Made by a program: the position numbers and the translations under genes
Part shown: positions 30,395 through 37,872 of the stretch, in pieces
How positions within the stretch are numbered: position 1 is the stretch's first letter
Layout: each line of letters starts with the position of its first letter
NCBI GenBank assembly: GCA_045643465.1
Contig: JAZUKV010000021.1
Location: 89,701-153,700 of the forward strand
DNA length: 64,000 nt
Reading direction: 5' to 3'
Source of the DNA: Clostridia bacterium
GTDB lineage: Bacteria > Bacillota > Clostridia > TANB77 > CAG-508
Notes under the pieces: generated by a model
The model's database searches: none
Told to the model about the DNA's origin: nothing
What the model saw: only the letters and a program-made list of their open reading frames with translations

Positions 30395-31915
30395 ATGAAG
30401 AAAAAAGTAATAATAGGGTTAATTGCTATAGTTGTATTAATTAGTTGTATAATTATTATAAATATTAATAAAAATAATAAATTTGAATATTCAGTTGAAC
30501 AAATAAAAGAAAAAAATTATTTTTTATACATGAAAGATAATAAATATGGAGTAATAGATAGAAACGGAGAAGTAATAATTGATCCGATACATGATATAAT
30601 TGAAATTCCAAATCCAAGCAAAGATTTATTTATATGTAAAAATAATTATAATGCTGAAAAAGATGAATATAATGTTCAGGTTTTTGATAAAAATAAAAAT
30701 CCAATATTATACCAATATTATGATATTGGTGCCATTGAATTAAATGGTGTTCAAAATAATGGTTTTTACGAAAAAAGTGTATTAAAATATAAATCAAATG
30801 GATTATATGGATTAGTAAATATTTCCGGAGAAAAAATAACAGATGCAGAATACGAAAGTATTGAAGGATTTCAATATAATGAAGGATTATTTCTTGTAAA
30901 AAAATCAGGAAAATTTGGAATAATCAATATGAATGGTGCTACTGTTATAAAAGAAAAGTATGATGAAATTTTAAGTGATGGTTATTATCAAGATAATTAC
31001 AAAAAAAGTGGCTATATTGTTGGTACAAGAACAAATAATGGAATGAGATATGGATACATAGATAATAATAGAAAAGTCTTATTAAAAAATGAATATAATG
31101 ATATTTATAGAATTAATGATAAATCAGACAATGAAGTTTATATAGTTGCTTATAAAAATGGTAAAGCTGGAATGTATAAAAATAAAAAAATAATTATTAA
31201 TCATGATTATGAAGATATAATATATAACGGAGAAAATGATTTACTAGTATTACAAAAAGGTTCAAAGCAAGGAATTTCAAAATTTGATGGTTCAATTATA
31301 ATTCCAATTGAATATGATAATATTTTATTTGCAGGGAACTATATAAATGCACAAAAAGGTGAAAAAATTGAAATTTTTGATACAAATGGAAAAAATGAAA
31401 GTGATTCGGGATATATAAGTAGACAAAATGTTGCTGATAATAAATACCAAATAGTTTCAACTTCAAATGGCCAATATAAAATAATTGTTACAGGAACTGG
31501 AGAAATAGTAGAAAATGAATATTCATATATTCAATATCTATTCGATGATTATTTTATAGTACAAAAAGGAGGATATTCAGGAATTATTGATAAAAAGGGC
31601 AACAAAATAATAGATTTTAAATATATTGCAATTCAAAATGTGTATGAATTTCCAGTAGTAGAGCTAGTAAATGATAAAGGAAATATTACTTTATTAAATA
31701 AAGAGCTAAAAGAAATAATTACAACTAAAACAGAGAATGTTAAAATTTATGAAAATTATATAAAAGTAGTTAAAGATAAAAAAATTAATTATATTGATAA
31801 AAATGGAAAATTATTAGATGAACCAGTATACAGTTTGTTAGATATGCCAGATATGATTAAGAATTATGAAAAAGTTGATTTAGGATATGGTGAGCCATAT
31901 TACAAAGATAAATAA
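30395..31915 (+). CDS. Membrane-anchored WG/KWG-repeat protein
   Basis: N-terminal TM helix, then repeated units of the type YGVIDRNGEVIIDPIHDxI, YGLVNISGEKITDAEYESI and FGIINMNGATVIKEKYDEI. Confidence 0.7.
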   Translation: MKKKVIIGLIAIVVLISCIIIININKNNKFEYSVEQIKEKNYFLYMKDNKYGVIDRNGEVIIDPIHDIIEIPNPSKDLFICKNNYNAEKDEYNVQVFDKNKNPILYQYYDIGAIELNGVQNNGFYEKSVLKYKSNGLYGLVNISGEKITDAEYESIEGFQYNEGLFLVKKSGKFGIINMNGATVIKEKYDEILSDGYYQDNYKKSGYIVGTRTNNGMRYGYIDNNRKVLLKNEYNDIYRINDKSDNEVYIVAYKNGKAGMYKNKKIIINHDYEDIIYNGENDLLVLQKGSKQGISKFDGSIIIPIEYDNILFAGNYINAQKGEKIEIFDTNGKNESDSGYISRQNVADNKYQIVSTSNGQYKIIVTGTGEIVENEYSYIQYLFDDYFIVQKGGYSGIIDKKGNKIIDFKYIAIQNVYEFPVVELVNDKGNITLLNKELKEIITTKTENVKIYENYIKVVKDKKINYIDKNGKLLDEPVYSLLDMPDMIKNYEKVDLGYGEPYYKDK

Positions 31916-31977
31916 TGAAAAACAGAGCTTATAAAAGCTCTGTTTAATAAATATATAACTAGTGAAAGGATAATGGG

Positions 31978-33225
31978 ATGTATAAAGAATTTGGAATAAA
32001 TGATGAAGTTTTAAAGTTATCAGAAAGAGTCGAAAAAGAGCTTTCTACAATTTTTGAAGATATTAATAAAAGATGTGAAGTAAATAGTTTAAAAGTATTA
32101 GAAGCTTTTAAAAAATATAATATTTCAGATATGCATTTTGGAAGTACTTCAGGATATGGGTATGGAGATGTTGGAAGAGATACAATTGAAAAAGTTTTTG
32201 CAGATATATTAGGAGCTGAAGATAGTGTAGTTAGAAGCCAATTTATTTCCGGGACACATGCTTTAACAGTAGCATTATTTGCGTTTTTAAGACCAAATGA
32301 CACATTACTAAGTATTTGTGGAAAACCTTATGATACTTTAGACGAGGTTATAGGAATTGTTGAAAATAAAAGCTCTTTGAAATCATTTGGTGTAAAATAC
32401 GAACAAATAGATTTAGTAGATGACGATTTTGATTATGATAAAATAATTGAAAGAGCAAGTAAAGGTAATATTAAAGTAATTGAAATACAACGCTCTAGAG
32501 GATATGCGTTAAGAAAAAGTATTACATTAGATAAAATGGAAAAAGCAATTAATGCGATAAGGTCTGTAAATAAAGATGTAATAATAATGGTAGATAATTG
32601 TTATGGAGAATTTGTTGATAGCAAAGAGCCTTTAGCAATTGGAGCAGATGTTATAGTTGGATCACTTATAAAAAATCTTGGAGGAGGAATAGCTCCTAAT
32701 GGTGCATATATTGCCGGTAAAAAAGAGCTAGTAGAGCTTGCAGCAGAAAGATTGACAGCCCCAGGACTTGGAAAAGAAGTTGGACCAACATTAGGAATAA
32801 ATAAGTCAATTTTGCAAGGTTTATTTATGGCTCCTTCAGTAGTAGCGAGTAGTTTAAAAACTGCTATTTATGCAAGCAAAATGTTAGAAGAGCTAGGATA
32901 TAAAGCAGTTCCAAGATTTAATGAGAAGAGATCAGACATAGTTCAAACAATTGAGTTTGGAGATAAGGAAAAGTTAATAAAATATTGTCAGGGCATTCAA
33001 ATGGGATCACCAGTTGATTCAAATTCAATACCTGAGCCATGGGATATGCCAGGATATACAGATCAAGTTATAATGGCTGCAGGTGCTTTTACACAGGGGT
33101 CATCAATTGAACTTTCTTGTGATGCACCAATAAGGCCACCATATTTAGCATTTATGCAAGGTGGACTAACTTTTGAATATGGAAAACTTGGAGTTATGAA
33201 AGCAATTTCAAATATAATTATGTAA
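31978..33225 (+). CDS. ynbB: PLP-dependent methionine gamma-lyase-family protein (YnbB / aluminium-resistance type)
   Basis: Motifs SGYGYGDVGRD, FISGTHAL and GSLIKNLGGGIAPNG, typical of this family as I recall it. Confidence 0.7.
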   Translation: MYKEFGINDEVLKLSERVEKELSTIFEDINKRCEVNSLKVLEAFKKYNISDMHFGSTSGYGYGDVGRDTIEKVFADILGAEDSVVRSQFISGTHALTVALFAFLRPNDTLLSICGKPYDTLDEVIGIVENKSSLKSFGVKYEQIDLVDDDFDYDKIIERASKGNIKVIEIQRSRGYALRKSITLDKMEKAINAIRSVNKDVIIMVDNCYGEFVDSKEPLAIGADVIVGSLIKNLGGGIAPNGAYIAGKKELVELAAERLTAPGLGKEVGPTLGINKSILQGLFMAPSVVASSLKTAIYASKMLEELGYKAVPRFNEKRSDIVQTIEFGDKEKLIKYCQGIQMGSPVDSNSIPEPWDMPGYTDQVIMAAGAFTQGSSIELSCDAPIRPPYLAFMQGGLTFEYGKLGVMKAISNIIM

Positions 33226-33291
33226 AAAATTTGAATGAAATGGATATTGATTAGATAGTATACATTTTTTAAATTCATATATAAATTGTAA

Positions 33292-33335
33292 TTGAGCTTC
33301 AATAATTTTTATAAGAAGCTCAATATTTGTATTTA
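33292..33335 (+). terminator. Stem-loop / terminator after ynbB
   Basis: ttgagcttc (33292-33300) pairs with gaagctcaa (33315-33323), followed by tatttgtattt. Confidence 0.5.
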
Positions 33336-33356
33336 TGAAAATAATAGGAGGAAAAA

Positions 33357-34664
33357 GTGAAAGTTGTAGTTATTGGTGGTGGACCAGCAGGAATATTAAG
33401 TGCTATTTCTGCTAGACAAAGTGGAGATGATGTAATACTTTTAGAAAAAAATGAAACATTAGGTAAAAAATTATTAATAACAGGAAAAGGAAGATGCAAT
33501 ATTACTAGTGGCATAGAAATTTCAAAATTTATTAATAATATTCCAGGAAATGGCAAGTTTTTATTTAGTGCATTTCAAAATTATACCAATGATGATATTA
33601 TTAAATTGTTAAATAAGCATGGTGTAAAAGTTAAAGAAGAGCGTGGAAATAGAATTTTTCCAGTAAGTGATAAATCAAAAGATGTATTAGATGCATTATA
33701 TAAAGAGCTAAGAGCGCTTAATGTAAAAGTTTATACTAAGACTAAAGTAGAAAAAATATATACAGAGCAAAGTTCAGTAAAAAAAGTAGAATATTCTTAT
33801 TTAGGTAATAAATATATATTAGATTGCGATAAAGTAATATTAGCAACCGGTGGAAAAAGTTATCCAACAACAGGCTCAACTGGAGATGGATATGAAATAG
33901 CAAAAAATCTTGGACATACAATAACTGATATAAGGCCTTCGCTTATACCAATTGTAGCTAATGATAATATCAATGTCGAAAGTGTTAATTTAAGAGAATT
34001 TTTAACATCAAAAGATCTTTGCAAAAGTTTACAAGGTTTAAGTTTAAGAAATGTAAAAATAAGCATAGTAGATTTAGAAAAAAATAAAGTTATCTATGAT
34101 GATTTTGGAGAGCTGTTATTTACTCATTTTGGGGTGTCAGGTCCAACAATTTTGAGTGCTACAGCACATATAATTAGATATAAAAATATCTCAGATTTAT
34201 TAAAAAATGGCAAAATAGTTTTAAAAATAGATTTGAAACCAGCTTTGGATAATGAAAAAATAGATACTAGAATATTAAGAGATTTCGAAAATGCTAAAAA
34301 TAAATTGTATAAAAATAGTTTAGATGAATTATTACCACAAAAATTAATAAGTCCAATAATTTCTTTATCTGGTATAAATCAAAATAAAATGGTAAATGAA
34401 ATATCAAAAAAGGAAAGAGCTGTATTAGTAAATTTATTAAAGAATTTTACAATTACAATTAGTGGATTTAGACCTGTGGAAGAAGCAATTATTACAGCTG
34501 GTGGAGTTAATATAAAAGAAATAAATCCTAAAACGATGGAATCAAAAATTATTAAGGGGCTATTTTTTGCAGGTGAAATTATAGATGTAGATGCTTATAC
34601 AGGTGGATTTAATTTACAAATTGCATATTCAACAGGTTATACAGCAGGATTAAATAATGAATAA
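33357..34664 (+). CDS. NAD(P)/FAD-dependent oxidoreductase, HI0933/BaiN-like
   Basis: VVIGGGPAG, GKGRCNIT, and the C-terminal GGFNLQ motif. GTG start follows AGGAGG. Confidence 0.8.
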   Translation: MKVVVIGGGPAGILSAISARQSGDDVILLEKNETLGKKLLITGKGRCNITSGIEISKFINNIPGNGKFLFSAFQNYTNDDIIKLLNKHGVKVKEERGNRIFPVSDKSKDVLDALYKELRALNVKVYTKTKVEKIYTEQSSVKKVEYSYLGNKYILDCDKVILATGGKSYPTTGSTGDGYEIAKNLGHTITDIRPSLIPIVANDNINVESVNLREFLTSKDLCKSLQGLSLRNVKISIVDLEKNKVIYDDFGELLFTHFGVSGPTILSATAHIIRYKNISDLLKNGKIVLKIDLKPALDNEKIDTRILRDFENAKNKLYKNSLDELLPQKLISPIISLSGINQNKMVNEISKKERAVLVNLLKNFTITISGFRPVEEAIITAGGVNIKEINPKTMESKIIKGLFFAGEIIDVDAYTGGFNLQIAYSTGYTAGLNNE

Positions 34665-34679
34665 TATATAGAGGTGGAT

Positions 34680-35330
34680 ATGAATATATTTAAAACAATT
34701 TTGGAAAAAGAAATTTCAGCAGAAATAGTTGAAAAAAAGTCTAAATTTATTGCTACTTTATTTTTTATAGAATCTGAAGAAGAAGCTGAAGAAAAAATTA
34801 AATGTATTAAAAAGAAATATTTTGATGCTAAGCATAATTGTTTTGCTTATATTGTTAATAATAATAATACGATAAATAAAAGATTTAGTGATGATGGAGA
34901 GCCAAGTGGAACAGCAGGAGCACCTATGTTAGAAATATTAGAAAAGCAAGGGCTAGGGAATGTTTTGGTAATAGTTACAAGATATTTTGGAGGAATATTA
35001 TTAGGTACAGGTGGACTTGTAAGGGCATACTCAGATGCTCTAAAAAAAGCTTTAGAAAAAGCCAGTATAGTGATTCAAGAGCATGGATATGAAATTAATG
35101 TAGAATTAAATTATTCAGATTTAGAGAATTTTAAATATTATTGTGGAAAAAATGGGATAAGAATATTAAATCAAGAATACTTAGAAACAGTAATTTGTAA
35201 AATCGAATTAAATGATGTAAAAAAATCTGAGTTAGAGCAACAGTTAAAAAATCAGAATGTATTAAGAATTATAAGCATCGACATTATTCGACAAAAGAAC
35301 ATATCAGTGTTGTCGAATAATGTAGATTAA
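34680..35330 (+). CDS. yigZ: YigZ/IMPACT-family protein (UPF0029)
   Basis: Motifs KSKFIA, AKHNCFAY, DDGEPSGTAG and VTRYFGGILLG. Confidence 0.8.
   Translation: MNIFKTILEKEISAEIVEKKSKFIATLFFIESEEEAEEKIKCIKKKYFDAKHNCFAYIVNNNNTINKRFSDDGEPSGTAGAPMLEILEKQGLGNVLVIVTRYFGGILLGTGGLVRAYSDALKKALEKASIVIQEHGYEINVELNYSDLENFKYYCGKNGIRILNQEYLETVICKIELNDVKKSELEQQLKNQNVLRIISIDIIRQKNISVLSNNVD
35282..35322. promoter_or_regulatory. Paired inverted Spo0A boxes
   Basis: cattaTTCGACAa (35282-35294) and tTGTCGAAtaatg (35310-35322) are perfect 13-nt inverted repeats 15 nt apart. Each contains the TGTCGAA 0A-box consensus. Confidence 0.55.
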
Positions 35331-35366
35331 TATCGCACGAAACCTTGCAAAATATGTGTTTTTATA

Positions 35367-35395
35367 TTGCAATACAATAAAAAAGAAAGTATAAT
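35367..35395 (+). promoter_or_regulatory. Sigma-A-type promoter candidate for spo0A
   Basis: TTGCAA (35367-35372), 17-nt spacer, TATAAT (35390-35395). Confidence 0.45.
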
Positions 35396-35429
35396 CTGGA
35401 ATGTAAAAAAGATATTAGGAGGTTTTAAT

Positions 35430-36254
35430 GTGAATAAAAAAATAACAGTATTAATTGCAGATGATAATAGTGAATTTTCTGCAACATTAGCTAGCTACGT
35501 AAGAGCTGAGGATGATTTAGAATTAATAGGAACCGCAAGAGACGGGATAGAAGCTTTTGATTTTATTAAAAATGCTGAACCAGATGTTGTACTGTTAGAT
35601 GTAATAATGCCAAGATTAGATGGATTAGGGGTTTTAGAAAAAATTAATGAAAGCGGTATGACAAAAATGCCTATGTGCATAATGTTATCTGCTGTAGGAC
35701 AGGATAAAATAACACAAAGGGCAATTAACTTAGGTGCCCAATATTATATAGTAAAACCTTTTGAAATAGATGTATTAATCAAAAGAATAAAAGATTTAAA
35801 ATATTTTCAACCCATGCCAGTGAATAATAGTAATTCATATGTTAGCAGAGAAATAAAAACAACGTACATAGAATTACCGGTAACTGAAATGAAAAACGAG
35901 GATAATTTAGAAGCTTTAGTAACAAATATAATTCATGAGATAGGAGTTCCAGCACATATTAAAGGATATCAATATTTAAGAGAAGCCATAATGATGGTAG
36001 TTACTAATATTGATATTATAAATCAAATAACAAAACAATTATATCCAGAAATAGCACATAAATATCACACAACACCATCTAGGGTTGAACGTGCAATTCG
36101 TCATGCGATAGAAGTTGCTTGGGGAAGAGGTCAACAAGATGTTGTAGAAACTATATTTGGTTATACAATTTCAGCTGCAAAAGGCAAACCAACAAACTCA
36201 GAATTTATAGCTATGATTGCTGATAAATTAAGATTAGAATTAAAAACAGCATAA
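35430..36254 (+). CDS. spo0A: Sporulation master regulator Spo0A
   Basis: Receiver domain ([22 protein letters not shown]) plus the diagnostic C-terminal domain ([32 protein letters not shown]). GTG start follows AGGAGG. Confidence 0.95.
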   Translation: MNKKITVLIADDNSEFSATLASYVRAEDDLELIGTARDGIEAFDFIKNAEPDVVLLDVIMPRLDGLGVLEKINESGMTKMPMCIMLSAVGQDKITQRAINLGAQYYIVKPFEIDVLIKRIKDLKYFQPMPVNNSNSYVSREIKTTYIELPVTEMKNEDNLEALVTNIIHEIGVPAHIKGYQYLREAIMMVVTNIDIINQITKQLYPEIAHKYHTTPSRVERAIRHAIEVAWGRGQQDVVETIFGYTISAAKGKPTNSEFIAMIADKLRLELKTA

Positions 36255-36258
36255 AAAA

Positions 36259-36299
36259 ATTCTTCTTTTACTCAATAGAGTAAAAGGAGAATTTTTTTT
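36259..36299 (+). terminator. Intrinsic terminator after spo0A
   Basis: 15-bp stem attcttcttttactc / gagtaaaaggagaat with loop aata and T8. Confidence 0.75.
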
Positions 36300-36319
36300 A
36301 TTTTATGAATAAAAAGTAT

Positions 36320-36435
36320 TGTAGATTAATGGGTAATAAAAAATGTAAAACTTTGTAAAATTTTGTATATTTCAAAAAATAATTTTAATGTATAAAATGT
36401 AAATATTTTCTTGATATTTTATGTATTGTAGTGTA
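36320..36435 (+). promoter_or_regulatory. Phased TGTA(A/T)A motif array
   Basis: Nine TGTA tetramers, starting at 36320, 36344, 36354, 36364, 36389, 36398, 36422, 36427 and 36432. Three consecutive 10-bp units sit at 36344-36373. Confidence 0.4.
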
Positions 36436-36439
36436 TTAT
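36411..36439 (+). promoter_or_regulatory. Promoter candidate for the 36486-43095 gene string
   Basis: TTGATA (36411-36416), 17-nt spacer, TATTAT (36434-36439). Confidence 0.45.
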
Positions 36440-36485
36440 ATAATAAGTTAAAATATTCAATACTGGGAATTGAAAGGAGAAAAAA

Positions 36486-36956
36486 ATGTATAAATTTAAG
36501 GGAAAATGTATAATAATAATTGCAACAGTAATATTATTATTAACATCTACAGTTTCTTTAGCAACAGAAAATAATATAATAGAAACGAATAATACTACAA
36601 CGACAAGTGTAAAAAAAGATACAACAAGTGAACAAAATTTAACTCAAGAAAGTACATCATCAAAGATAGTTCAAATAAGAGATGATCAATTAAAAACTAT
36701 AGAAGATTATAAAGCTAAATATGGATCTGATACATATGGATTAATAGCATATATATTACATGTAATTCAATGGTGGAGTATACCACTAGGACTATTATTT
36801 TTAGCAATCAGTGCAATTTTCCAATATGTAATTGGATTAAAGAGATTAGATTTAAGGGATAAAGGGTTTAATTCAATGATTGCGTTGGTAACAATAATTA
36901 TAATTTGCCAAGTGCTACCATTGATATTTGCTATTGTTGTAAAATCAAATGATTAA
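36486..36956 (+). CDS. Small secreted/membrane protein (signal peptide, Thr-rich linker, two C-terminal TM helices)
   Basis: N-terminal KGKCIIIIATVILLLTSTVSLA, then NNTTTTSVKKDTTSEQ, then hydrophobic stretches WWSIPLGLLFLAISAIFQYVIG and MIALVTIIIICQVLPLIFAIVV. Strong SD. Confidence 0.6.
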   Translation: MYKFKGKCIIIIATVILLLTSTVSLATENNIIETNNTTTTSVKKDTTSEQNLTQESTSSKIVQIRDDQLKTIEDYKAKYGSDTYGLIAYILHVIQWWSIPLGLLFLAISAIFQYVIGLKRLDLRDKGFNSMIALVTIIIICQVLPLIFAIVVKSND

Positions 36957-36975
36957 AAAATAAGGAGTTAACAAA

Positions 36976-37833
36976 ATGAGAGTACTTTTTGCAGTAAGTA
37001 ATAATGAAAATAGCAATACAGATATTGTAGATGCTATATTAAATGAATATCAAAGAATGTATAAGAAGATAATATCATATAAAAGAGCTTTCTATTATGA
37101 TGCCATTATAAATGAGATAAAATCATCAAGAGACAATCAATATGACATAATTGTTATAAGTGAAGATCTAGAAAAAAAACCAGAAGATGGATATGATGCA
37201 GAAGATAGAAACTTATATAGGCATATGGATGAAATTACAGATGAAGCATATAAAGAAGATGGAACAGGGATACCTATCATTTTAATATGTAATGATCGAA
37301 GAAGTGAAAGGGATGCAATTATTCCACAATTATTTTCATTAGGAATGTATAATATTTTATATGGTAAAGATAGGACTATTCAAAATGTATGTGCTTTAAT
37401 TGAAAGACCAAGGAACAAGAAAAAAGCTAAAATGGTGTATAATATTAATCCAAAAGCGGCAGTATATGTAGCTGAAAATGCAGAGAAAAAAATAAGCGAT
37501 AAAGAATTATTGAGTATATTAAAATTTTTTAATTTAAATAAAGCAAATACAGAGAAATGTGTAAAAGGATTCTCAAAATTATATAAAGAATATAAAGAAG
37601 ATCAATTAAATTTTTTAATAGAAAATTTACCAATTGATATAAAAATAATTTTAGAAGAAAATTCAAAGGAATATTTAAGTGTGGCGAAAGAGCGTGTTAT
37701 AAGAAAATCAGAGCTAAATAATGCAAGCACTTTAGTAGAAAAAAATTTAACAAGAGATTTAAATAGTAGTGGCTCAGAAGTAATAATACCAGGACAACAA
37801 ACAAAGAGGAGCTTATTCGGAAAGAAAAACTAA
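36976..37833 (+). CDS. Receiver-like (pseudo-REC) domain protein, paralogous to the N-terminus of the next gene
   Basis: MRVLFAV...YDIIVISEDLE...IPIILICND...ERPRNKKKAKMVYNI aligns with MKVLFAI...YDRIVITDDFDE...IPIIYVGAN...NKPRTKQEAKEYYQI of the 37873 product. Confidence 0.55.
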   Translation: MRVLFAVSNNENSNTDIVDAILNEYQRMYKKIISYKRAFYYDAIINEIKSSRDNQYDIIVISEDLEKKPEDGYDAEDRNLYRHMDEITDEAYKEDGTGIPIILICNDRRSERDAIIPQLFSLGMYNILYGKDRTIQNVCALIERPRNKKKAKMVYNINPKAAVYVAENAEKKISDKELLSILKFFNLNKANTEKCVKGFSKLYKEYKEDQLNFLIENLPIDIKIILEENSKEYLSVAKERVIRKSELNNASTLVEKNLTRDLNSSGSEVIIPGQQTKRSLFGKKN

Positions 37834-37872
37834 ATAGGATAAAACGTAAAAAATAAACGGAGGTAAAAACTA

